A DNA stretch of 22,079 bases from NCBI GenBank assembly GCA_002794465.1, contig MTSL01000005.1, forward strand, positions 1-22,079, in the 5' to 3' direction. This document shows, one piece after another, positions 10,550-19,761 of the stretch. A program made the translations under genes and the position numbers. The stretch is from Paramicrosporidium saccamoebae KSL3. Lineage: Eukaryota; Fungi; Cryptomycota. The notes under the pieces are model-generated. The model searched no databases. It was not told where the DNA came from and was given only the letters and a program-made list of their open reading frames with translations. Position 1 is the stretch's first letter. Each line of letters opens with the position of its first letter.

Positions 10550-10951
10550 TTATGGATGCATTTTCTGATGATTCAAGAGACGCCATTGTAGATGCCGATG
10601 ATATATTCCGTAGGTTGGATCTTCCATCTCACGATCCAGACGCTCGTCAATCCCGGCCAGCAGTGTGGCCTCTTCCAGTCGACCCTCTGTCAGTAGCGAC
10701 TTTACCACGTCCACCCGTCCCCACACCGTCATCCCCCGATACATCCGGACCGCCCAACGCGGATCCACCCGCCATACCTCTCCAACTGACATTCCGTCAA
10801 ACATCCAACGGGGAAGGAGACGGTCAGTCAGATGGGCGACATGGGGAGAGTGGTGTATGAGCAGTCGGATCGCAGGTCCCGGCAGTTGGGACAGCAACAG
10901 CTCAAGCACTTCGGTAGGCAGTTCGTTGAAGAGACTGACAATCTCGCTCAT
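10550..10951 (-). CDS. Hypothetical 133-aa protein with F-box-like N-terminus
   Basis: Fills the gap between GPH1 and the RING gene. LFNELPTEVLELLLSQLP matches the F-box L..LP.E.L..IL..L pattern. CCAATC lies 50 bp upstream. Confidence 0.6.
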   Translation of the reverse strand: MSEIVSLFNELPTEVLELLLSQLPGPAIRLLIHHSPHVAHLTDRLLPRWMFDGMSVGEVWRVDPRWAVRMYRGMTVWGRVDVVKSLLTEGRLEEATLLAGIDERLDREMEDPTYGIYHRHLQWRLLNHQKMHP

Positions 10952-11059
10952 CTATAAAGACATCCTGGATTAGAACATCTATATTTGGAAGGTACAATGA
11001 CCAATCCCGTGCGACCGCATCTAAATGGTTTTATTATGATACAGTTGGCAGAATGACGG

Positions 11060-12190
11060 CTACTGGATCGACACAGGAGGCTGTCTACAGAGGGGACAAT
11101 TGTTGCAGGCACTCAGCCAGGTGTCAATGCATTCCGTATGATAGGAATGTGCACAGGGCAGGGTGCGGACCAGTTCCTCGTTCTGGTAGTCAGCCAGACA
11201 GATTGGACAGGAAATGCCAATATTCGTGTGGATGGAAAAGGGGATGGCAGCACATTGTTCTTCGACCTGTTCCTTGCTGACTCCGCGGCTGACAAAGCCC
11301 ATCATTTCCTGCAGACGGGTCCAATCCTCAAAGGTCATATTCTCTCCCGACATCATGGCCCGCAGCACTGCAAATGCCCGTTGCACTGCCATTCCCGCAT
11401 CAAACGGCGCAGACGGCGGGACAGAGTTTGCAGCGGCCTCTGTGCCTTGCGGCAGCACAAAGTATATTGTCCATTGAAAGACGGAACGGACATTGTCGTC
11501 ACCATTTGCTATCCCTTCTTGGATGGGGAGTTGTCGAATCCGAACCAACACGAGCTGTTGAGAGGGTCCCACTGGCGCTTCAATCGGATTGTCTCTAGGT
11601 AAAGTTCTGCCAAAGCGCTCTCTAAAATATTCTGCCGCCTGCTGCAGTCGGGTGGATCGTCTCCGTTCCGGTGTCGTTGAGCTAGAAGAGGGAGATGACG
11701 GCGGACTATCTGTTCCTCCCACCTCGCCGGATCTTTCTTCCATCTCGCCGGGCAGCGAAAAATAAAAGAACATGGAGGTGCCAGCCTGGTCTTCTGGGTC
11801 CGGCGTAAACACTTCCCTTGTCAGCGCCTCCAACCGCGGTCTTTGTGAATCGTTCTGAATTGGCACGTCCGTCCCTGAAGCATCGTCTGGCTCGCGAGTA
11901 CGACGCCGTGAACCGACGCTATTCAGACTATTGGTTGAGCCGTCCGGAAACGGAAGGTGAGCCAAATTCAGCGAATCGTTATCAGTCGCAAGCGGTCTAG
12001 GACCTTTTAAAATAAACACTCTACAGAATATGGTACCTCTATGGACACGTCTTCTGATGCGTGCTACGGTCCTGCGCAGTCCATACGGCGAAGAACTCGT
12101 CTCAGAGTCTTGGGGTTGTTGTTCTGTGCTTTGAGCCTCATGCTCATCGTCTCGTTGCCGTCGCAGCCAGGACGAGTGTAGGTTTCCCAT
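11060..12190 (-). CDS. RING-H2 zinc-finger protein (probable E3 ligase, RNF38/44-like C-terminus)
   Basis: C-terminal C3H2C3 RING (CPICLADY..LPCAHSYHTECIDTWL..CNNCPLCR), preceded by an ENMTFED..LQEMMGFVSRG segment. Long disordered N-terminal part. Confidence 0.9.
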   Translation of the reverse strand: MGNLHSSWLRRQRDDEHEAQSTEQQPQDSETSSSPYGLRRTVARIRRRVHRGTIFCRVFILKGPRPLATDNDSLNLAHLPFPDGSTNSLNSVGSRRRTREPDDASGTDVPIQNDSQRPRLEALTREVFTPDPEDQAGTSMFFYFSLPGEMEERSGEVGGTDSPPSSPSSSSTTPERRRSTRLQQAAEYFRERFGRTLPRDNPIEAPVGPSQQLVLVRIRQLPIQEGIANGDDNVRSVFQWTIYFVLPQGTEAAANSVPPSAPFDAGMAVQRAFAVLRAMMSGENMTFEDWTRLQEMMGFVSRGVSKEQVEEQCAAIPFSIHTNIGISCPICLADYQNEELVRTLPCAHSYHTECIDTWLSACNNCPLCRQPPVSIQ

Positions 12191-12306
12191 CTATGACTAT
12201 GTATAGCCCTTATGCAGTCGATATACAAAGCGGGGTGGCTGACAAACTGGAGGCCAAGTAGTGCAGCCCTGTTTCACCCTTCCAACCCCAGCCTTTTGTG
12301 TCCTTC

Positions 12307-13429
12307 ATGAGCCAATCACAAGCGAAGACTCCGTCTAGTTGCGATTCCAACTGCAAAGTTACAATGGCGTGTTGACTCGACTCGAGAATAGGTGTACTGC
12401 ATAGGATCGATAAATGTGGATCACATGTACTGCTGTGACCATATTGTGAGGCCAGGCGAGTCCATTCCCACCGATTCGTATTCCCGACACATTGGTGGAA
12501 AAGGTATCTTTGGTGGTGTTTGTCCTTATGGGGAGAAGGACTGAATCAGGCATTTTCACTCTTCAGGGCTGGATTGTACAATGTACGCTACCATGGGATT
12601 GTTGGCGGCGATGGGGCTTGGATGGTGGACGAGTTGCGCGCATTAGGCTTCCCGTCAGAGCACATTATTGTCCGTCCCGACATTGTATAGTAAGCTCGCC
12701 TCTTCTAATATCAAGGAATCGGGCCACACTGTAATCCAACTTCAGGAACACAATGGAGGGGAGAATGCCATTCTGTTGCACTATGGTGCCAATTTTCATT
12801 TCACCAAAGAGCTAATCCGAGACATTCTCATTGATGCCAAGACTGGTGATTATCTCCTGTTACAATGTGAAACGAACTTGATAGACTATGCAATGGGCTA
12901 TGCCAAGGAAATGGGAATGACAGTTGTGTTTAACACGGCTCCCTATCCTCCGCATGTGGGGAATGAATGGAAACGACAATTTCCATCAGATTGGATCATT
13001 GCAAATCGCTCAGAGGCTGAATACATCCTTCAACATGTCTGCAAGGCCGATCCCCGCGATATTGGCACCGAGGCGAGTATGCAGGAAATACTCTCGGCCA
13101 CGGGCACAAAGAACCTAATTGTCACATTGGGAAGTGCAGGATGCAGGGCGCTTCTAAAAGATGGTCTCGACTCTCATTACTTTGATGTGCCGGCCTTTAC
13201 AGTCACGCCCGTCGACACAACTGGGGCAGGTGATGTGTTTATTGGCTATTTCTTGACTACGCTGATTGCCAAGCCAGGTCAATTCGAAGAGGCGCTCTTG
13301 ATGGGCAATGCGGCTGCAGCCTTGGCTTGTACCCGAAAAGGAGCACTCTGTTCCACTCCAACGCCCGAACAAGTTTGTTCCTTCCGTTCCAAAACAGACT
13401 GTTCGAATGTCGACCATTCCAAACATTAA
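12307..13429 (+). CDS. RBKS: Ribokinase (PfkB family), 4 exons; first exon uncertain
   Basis: Exons 12392-12503, 12539-12684 and 12716-13429 give VYCIGSINVD..PGES..GGKG|LNQA..|ESGHTVI..GENAI..GAN..VTLGSAG..VDTTGAGDVF. Introns 12504-12538 (35 nt) and 12685-12715 (31 nt). The first exon is either 12307-12357 (GT intron, 34 nt) or ATG 12364-12366 (GC intron, 25 nt). Confidence 0.92.
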
Positions 13430-13582
13430 TCTAGTCCAGTGGTAACTATTGACATTGCTTAATGTCGATTAGTATTGCCATATCTTGTACAATATTAATT
13501 CTATTGATGCTACATTATAGTGAGGCTGTTTAATGATGATTCCTGTTAGAACGTACATTTATCAATCAAGACACCTCGGTAC

Positions 13583-13724
13583 TTACTACAGACAAGCCTC
13601 ATAGACTCTCAGTCATTATCACAGACATAAACCTCAGCCATTACTACAGACATAAACCTCAGCCTTTACTACAGACACAAACCTCAGTCACCACCACACA
13701 CAAACCTCGTAGACCCCACAGTCT
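13583..13724. repeat. 25-bp minisatellite, about 5 degenerate copies
   Basis: Consensus TTACTACAGACATAAACCTCAGYCA. Units 13583-13615, 13616-13640, 13641-13665, 13666-13690, 13691-13724. Confidence 0.85.
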
Positions 13725-13787
13725 TTACGCGGATCAGAAATCCTGTTTAATGCTAATATCTTATATTGTACATCATATTACACGAGC

Positions 13788-14279
13788 TTAAAGGACAATG
13801 GTAGATCCATCCTTGGAGGGGAACACCTTGACAACGTAAAAGCCATCGTATTGTACCGGCTTCAAAAAGGTCGTTGGATCGCTTTGTCTCACTTCTTGTT
13901 GCACATCCATCCATCCTGGGATGCGTTCCACTTCTTTTTGTAGCTGAAACAGCAGCTTTGGCTCTCCCTCGGGGTTCATTTCTCGTCGCCGCTTTGCCTC
14001 GCGTCGCACTTCGTTGCGCATCTCCCGCCAATGAGCGCTGTGGACGCAGCGGGTGCGTGCTTCAGCCATTCGTTCAAGTTGCGGTCGCAGACGCATCTGC
14101 ATGGCCAGACTAGACTGCAGGAATTCTGCTTGAAGGCCGACCAGACGTGGAGAGCGGTCCGCCTTCTGGCCGCCGATCCAAGCTGGCTTCTCCTCCGGCT
14201 CCAGTCTGCGGAGAGGCGCACGGTTCTGCAGGGCATGCATCAAATCGAGCTGACATTGCATAGTGTCGTCGTCGTCCAT
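13788..14279 (-). CDS. Hypothetical 163-aa charged protein
   Basis: The only long ORF in the gap. ATG 14279 (MDDDDTMQ...) is divergent from 14388 across a CCAATCA-containing spacer. ATTAAA lies downstream on the - strand. No family recognised. Confidence 0.6.
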   Translation of the reverse strand: MDDDDTMQCQLDLMHALQNRAPLRRLEPEEKPAWIGGQKADRSPRLVGLQAEFLQSSLAMQMRLRPQLERMAEARTRCVHSAHWREMRNEVRREAKRRREMNPEGEPKLLFQLQKEVERIPGWMDVQQEVRQSDPTTFLKPVQYDGFYVVKVFPSKDGSTIVL

Positions 14280-14387
14280 CTCCGTAGGTGCCCCATCTAG
14301 TGTCCATTGGTTGTATTTGAGGGAGACTCGCACCAATCAGAAATGAGTGCCGCGCGAGGGGAAAGATTAATTAGTTTTAGTGATTAG
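14280..14387. promoter_or_regulatory. 108-bp bidirectional promoter region with central CCAAT box
   Basis: CCAATCA at 14333-14339, about 55 bp from both divergent ATGs. Confidence 0.45.
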
Positions 14388-16355
14388 ATGGGAAATCGAC
14401 AGAGCGCGCCGGGAAGACCCTCTGGGACAGCGCTGTTGTTGGGATTCCTTGATGATCCGCCGAATGAGGAGGCAGTCCGGACTGTCTATGGAAGTTGGGA
14501 GCAGCTACAAAAGGGGCTCTCAGTGCGTTTACCGCGCTCCTTTACAACTGATATTTGCGAGTTTAAGGAAATCCTGACACTAGCAACGAGTGCAGAGGGA
14601 GTGCTGGAAGAGTTGGAAGATGCGACTTGTAATTTGGTAACAGCGGCAGTGGCACGAATGGCCAAACCGGAAAAGTTGTTTGCAGTACTCGCTTCGATTG
14701 GAAGTGTGCCGGTCCGGGCCATGGATGGCGCTGGCATAGAACTTGTGCAAAAGATATATTGGACTTTACGGGTGATTGTGTATTCATGCGGGGGCGACCC
14801 GGTCAATTTTTCCAATGCCACTGTTTGGATGAAGCGGTTCCATTTGGTGCATACGGCCTTGGAGTACTGTCAGACTGTGCTGTCGGATGACTTTGAGATG
14901 GAGGTGGAGCAACTTGTCCCTGCATTTGGTGCAAATGATACACTTGAGGGTGCCATGTTGGAATCCACAACGAGGCTGGCATTGTATCTGGTGGACAGGA
15001 AACGATACGCCCAGGGAGAACAATTGACCCGCATGGCATTGGAGGCATGTCAACGGGTGTTTATTGCGCCTCCAACCGAATGCGTCCCTCTGCTGAATCT
15101 GGCGCTTGGGATTGCCTTGGTGGGAGGGGAAAAGTCTCCCGAGGCAATACGATATTTCACATCATTTGTGGTAACAGTGGATAAGTCTGCATTGACCATT
15201 TTGCTGGGCAATTCCGACTTTGCCAATGTCACCGAAGTGGCCGCGCTGTATGTAATGGGTCGTCCAGAGATTGCAACGAGTAACGTTGTGGTGATGAACA
15301 TTGGAAGGAGACTGTTGATGACAGTACCAAAAAGGGTCACATCGCTCGAGGACCTCTCCCTGGATGGACGGACATTTTTGAATGCACGAGATCAAATTGG
15401 AGAGATGCTGGTGGGGGCATTTGCACTGGAGGGACACTTTGGCGCAGCCCACGATCAATTGCTGACGTTGGGGGATGGTCTGAGGAGGACAAAAATGCTG
15501 AAACAGTTGGTGAGGATGATGATAGACCAGGGAGCTCAAGAGCTAATCTGTCATTTGCTCTGGGGTGAAGAAGAACAGACCGTGGCTTCCCTACTGGGCT
15601 CAATGGGGCAGTTTGGATTGCTATATAAATTCCATTGCACCCGAGGGGATCTGAGGAGTGCAGCCACTGCGCAATACCGTGCAGCCGATTGTGCTGCACA
15701 ACAGGAAGAATATGAGAAACTGCACGATTGTCTAGTGTTGGCGCTAAACTGTTTACTATTGAGCAAGGACTGTGATCCATGGATTTCGGTGGACCAGCGA
15801 TTGGTCGACGTTTCCATCCTACGGAGCGAGATTCTAAAAGCCAAGGCATTTGTTGTCCTCAATTCCGCTACTCATTCCACATTGCGTGAACTCATATTCC
15901 GTGTTTTGCGCGACCAGCATCTTTCCCTCGCAATTGAAATGGTACTAGACAATTCTGCAGATTGTTGGGATCTGGTTGTCGACTTTTTGGTAGACTCGTT
16001 AGTAGACGCATCCCGATTGGAGGAGATTGAACGACCATGGCTGGCATCTGTGTTTCGGATATTCAACCTGGTAGAGAATGAATTCCCCGAATTGGATGTG
16101 CTGCAGGCATTGTTAGGAAAGTTGGACCGCAGTGATGCCTTTTTGGGTTGTGCTTCGATGATGCTGCGGTATGGATTGACTCTGCCGGGATGGTTGGTGG
16201 ATGGATGCGAGCGCACAGACTGCAACGGGTTTGTGCGACTGCTGGGACAGCGGGAACAGCTGGACCTGATTGTGACCGTCCTGCGGGACGACCGGATGCG
16301 CGATAGACTGTCGCCAGGGACACTTGCATATTTGCAAATTGTCTCCCAGGCCTAA
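14388..16355 (+). CDS. NUP160: Nucleoporin Nup160/Nup120-like helical protein (655 aa, shortened)
   Basis: LLYKFHCTRGDLRSAA, CLVLALNCLLL..PWI, ILRSEILKAKAFVVL and LPGWLVDGCERTD..FVRL occur in the order I recall for the Nup160 C-terminal region (LLYAFH..HNYRKA, YLAALNCLRL..AWI, LPYWLINSYK). Needs HMM confirmation. Confidence 0.65.
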   Translation: MGNRQSAPGRPSGTALLLGFLDDPPNEEAVRTVYGSWEQLQKGLSVRLPRSFTTDICEFKEILTLATSAEGVLEELEDATCNLVTAAVARMAKPEKLFAVLASIGSVPVRAMDGAGIELVQKIYWTLRVIVYSCGGDPVNFSNATVWMKRFHLVHTALEYCQTVLSDDFEMEVEQLVPAFGANDTLEGAMLESTTRLALYLVDRKRYAQGEQLTRMALEACQRVFIAPPTECVPLLNLALGIALVGGEKSPEAIRYFTSFVVTVDKSALTILLGNSDFANVTEVAALYVMGRPEIATSNVVVMNIGRRLLMTVPKRVTSLEDLSLDGRTFLNARDQIGEMLVGAFALEGHFGAAHDQLLTLGDGLRRTKMLKQLVRMMIDQGAQELICHLLWGEEEQTVASLLGSMGQFGLLYKFHCTRGDLRSAATAQYRAADCAAQQEEYEKLHDCLVLALNCLLLSKDCDPWISVDQRLVDVSILRSEILKAKAFVVLNSATHSTLRELIFRVLRDQHLSLAIEMVLDNSADCWDLVVDFLVDSLVDASRLEEIERPWLASVFRIFNLVENEFPELDVLQALLGKLDRSDAFLGCASMMLRYGLTLPGWLVDGCERTDCNGFVRLLGQREQLDLIVTVLRDDRMRDRLSPGTLAYLQIVSQA

Positions 16356-16440
16356 TAAACGGACGAGATGGGATGCATCATGCGCATTGGATTAAAGAAA
16401 TGAATTTATTGTGAGAGCCAATCGGACGGGTTGGGGTGAC

Positions 16441-17412
16441 ATGGTCGTGGCAGCACCGGAGCGGAAAGAACGACGAACATACACCCAGGACATTAAGGAC
16501 GCTGCAAACACCATGGAGGGGAGAGAGAGTCCCGTCAAACAGAGCGGCGCCCGGAGACGCAACGTCGAGGGACGTGCCAGCACCTCCCCGTCCTCAGACG
16601 TGTCGACAGTGGAGAATGAAGCGAACGAAAGCGCCACTGACGACGCATTGGGACCATTAGTACCCGGGACCCGAGACCAGAGACTGACGCTGATGGAGGA
16701 GATTGTGTTGTTGGGACTGAAGGACCAACAGGGCTATCTATCCTTCCTAAATGACAGCATTTCCTATGTCCTACGGGGCTGCATTCTGATGGAATTGGCA
16801 CTAAGAAGACGGATCCGCACAGTAAGGGAGACGGGTGTACGTCGTCCATTCCCCGACCGATTGGTGGAGGTGGTGGACAGTGCTCCCACAGGCGAAGTGC
16901 TGTTAGACGAAGCATTGCGACTGCTACGGGGCGAACGAAACTCGGTCTCTGGCTGGCTGGACCTGCTGAGCGGCGAAACATGGAATCCACTCAAAGTGGG
17001 CTATCAGCTCAAACAGGTGCGTGAGCGCATTGCCAAGGGTTTGGTCGACAAGGGCGTATTGCGCACGGAGAAACACTCCTTCTTGCTGTTTGACATGGCC
17101 ACCCATCCCCTCTCCAGTCCCGTCTGCAAGGAGGATGTGCTACGTCGTGCCATTGGCACGTGTTTGGGTCGGGGGCCCCTGCCCAGTCTACGGTCCGTGG
17201 CGTTGGTGGCCTCTGCTCTGACTGCAAATGTGCTAGAGGGTGCTTTGGGTACATTGCCTTATGCGGAACGCGATGGCGCCTTTAGTCGAGCCGAGGAGTT
17301 GCTGCGGACATATGGAAATCCCGCTGAACGCAACATTCCTCTCCCGGCTGCAAACGAGATTGTCGCCGGGGTGCTTACTGTATTTAGTCGTCTTGATAGC
17401 TTGATTTACTAG
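16441..17412 (+). CDS. GOLPH3: Golgi phosphoprotein 3 / Vps74 (PI4P-binding)
   Basis: RLTLMEEIVLLGLKD.QGYLSFLNDSISYVLRGCILMELALRRRI, GETWNPLK.GYQLKQVRER and LLFDMATHP. N-terminal RRR motif. The start is either ATG 16441 or 16513. Confidence 0.95.
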   Translation: MVVAAPERKERRTYTQDIKDAANTMEGRESPVKQSGARRRNVEGRASTSPSSDVSTVENEANESATDDALGPLVPGTRDQRLTLMEEIVLLGLKDQQGYLSFLNDSISYVLRGCILMELALRRRIRTVRETGVRRPFPDRLVEVVDSAPTGEVLLDEALRLLRGERNSVSGWLDLLSGETWNPLKVGYQLKQVRERIAKGLVDKGVLRTEKHSFLLFDMATHPLSSPVCKEDVLRRAIGTCLGRGPLPSLRSVALVASALTANVLEGALGTLPYAERDGAFSRAEELLRTYGNPAERNIPLPAANEIVAGVLTVFSRLDSLIY

Positions 17413-17512
17413 CTAAACGAGTATGTTGTAGTAGACAATGTGTGGGGTCATTGGATCGGGGTTGTAGTAATTATGGGAAATAAGAGAGATTAGTTGAAAA
17501 TGCACAACGCTG

Positions 17513-19761
17513 CTATCTAATAGTCTTGATGGTAGAAGTGTCCCACTGACGTTCAAACGCAGCATCAGATCGATCCAGAAGAGCTGTCAGTTCTTCACGG
17601 GTAAGCTCCTCCTTTTCTCCATTCTCCATGAGGAATTGTTCTTTGCGGCCCTCGCCTAAAATCTCTGCCAGATCTTCCGCTAGCAGGGCTTCATCGGCAG
17701 CCAAGAGTTGCTGACGGCCCTTGAACTTTTTCTTGTGAATGACAAGTCGCTCGAGTCGTCGTTTGGAGGCGGCCTTGGCGAGCATCCGTCCTTCAGCGGT
17801 GTTGGCAGTGGATAGTCGGAAGATGAGCACCGGTTTCGTTTGGCCAATACGGTGTACACGATCTTGTGCCTGCAAGTCCATTTGCGGATTCTACACAATT
17901 AACCCTTCCCACATTATATTACCCAATCCGAGTCATAGAAAATGACCGTGTCTGCCGCAACCAAATTGAGTCCCAGTCCACCCGCGCGAGTACTCAAAAG
18001 GAATACTCCACAGGCCGTTCCATCGTTGAATCGCCGAATCTCCTCTTGACGCTGTGGTTGCGCCACACTGCCATCAATCCGACTAAAGGCCATTTGTCGC
18101 ATCTCAAGCCAAACTGCAAGCAGATCGAGCATACGGCTCATCTGACTGAAGATGAGCACTTTGTGGCCACGTCGTCGTAACTCTGTGAGAAGTTGTTCAA
18201 CAAGTCGCATCTTTCCACTGCAACGCACAATCTCCTCATCTACCCGCAGAGTGCCATCTGAATTTGTCGGATGACGAAACAAATACGGATGGTTACATAC
18301 CTTTCGTAGTTGCATAATCTTGTTCTGCAGACCCTGTGTAGCGGTCCATGTTTGATCTGAGGCAGTACTAACAGGAGCAGAGGTGGAGGTATCATCAGTG
18401 TCCCTTTCAATAAAACCATCCTCTTCGGTATCCACACTATCATTCTCACCTCCACTTTCGTCTTCGTCCTCGTCTTCTAGATCATCTTCAGTGGAATCCT
18501 CAGCTTCAGCATAATTAACGCGCTTCTTGGAGACAATTGTCGTTGGGGCGGTATGTAATAATTGTCGGATGCGTCCCTCTGCTACCGCTTGGTAGTATTC
18601 GCTTTGAAGGGGAGTTAGGGTTGCCGAGAGGACATATTCGCGTTTCTTTGGTAATTCGGTTTCCACATCAATCTTTAGACGACGCAGTAGGAGCGGCTTG
18701 AGGATCGAGTGGAGTTGCGCCACCATTGCTGTATCCACCGTCTCGGCTGTCTCTGCACCAACTCCCTCTTCCCCGTCCAAATCAAACCAGGCCAAAAAGT
18801 CATCCACATTGGTGAAAATTTCGGGAAGTAGAAAGTTAAGTAATGACCATAACTCTGTCAAATTGTTCTGTAACGGCGTCCCTGTAATCAGTAGTCGATT
18901 GTCGCTGCGAAATGTTCGCAGTTCACGAATCAGTCGGCAGTTGAGATTCTTCAGTCGATGACCTTCGTCAATGATCAAATGTTTCCAGGAAAGTGACGCT
19001 AAATGACGAGCATCGCGCATTGCAATCTCATAAGACGTCACCACCACGTTGTAACGCTTCCCCAATCGGGCGAAATGTTTCCTTCGCAGAGCAGCACGAT
19101 CGGGCGCCGGTCCGTGGTACATAAGTGCGGCCATTTCTGGTGCAAATCGCTTCAACTCGCTCATCCAATTGTCCAACGTGGACAATGGCGCTACCACCAA
19201 AAAGGGTCCCGTTACGCCCTGTTCCTGTAGAAATGCCAACAGACCAATGCATTGCACCGTCTTTCCCAGTCCCATCTCATCCGCCAAGATTCCATTCAGT
19301 CCATTCTCAAACAATGACACCAGCCATTGCACCCCCTCCAGCTGATACGAGCGCAATGTCCCTTTTAGCATTTTGGGCTGTCGAAACTTTGCATCCGTCT
19401 CTCCTCGTTGTCGAGCCTTTTTATTCGTCTCCACTGGCTGTATTTGCTCCTGAAGACGCTCTGCAAGAAACTTGGAATATGCCTGTGCTCGTGTGAGTAA
19501 GGCCTGCAGTTTGTTCATCTTGTCCTGCTTCACGTGTCTATCAAACGTCTGTTGCATTAATTCTGCATCAGTTACGCTGGTCGCTGCAGTTTCAACGACG
19601 CACACCGAGACTTTGGTTCTTTTCGCAGCAGTCCCATTAGTGGTCCTATCAGCAGTCTTATCAATAAGCCCTTTAATAGCCCTTCTAGTAGTCCTGTTGT
19701 CAGCCACTCCCTTCACTCCCCCTTCCAACTCTGCCAGTTCACTCTCATCATCTCCTACCAT
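17513..19761 (-). CDS. HELLS: SNF2-family ATPase HELLS/LSH/DDM1/Irc5, 2 exons
   Basis: Exons 19761-17923 and 17890-17513. Intron 17891-17922 (32 nt) restores YDSDW|NPQMDLQAQDRVHRIGQ. Motifs GILADEMGLGKT, DEGH and MQLRKVCNHPYLF, plus the HELLS-type KRRLERLVIHKKKFKG. Confidence 0.9.

Noticed and set aside
13583-13724. CRISPR-like array
   Set aside because: Units are directly adjacent with no unique spacers, there are no cas genes, and the context is an intron-containing eukaryote.
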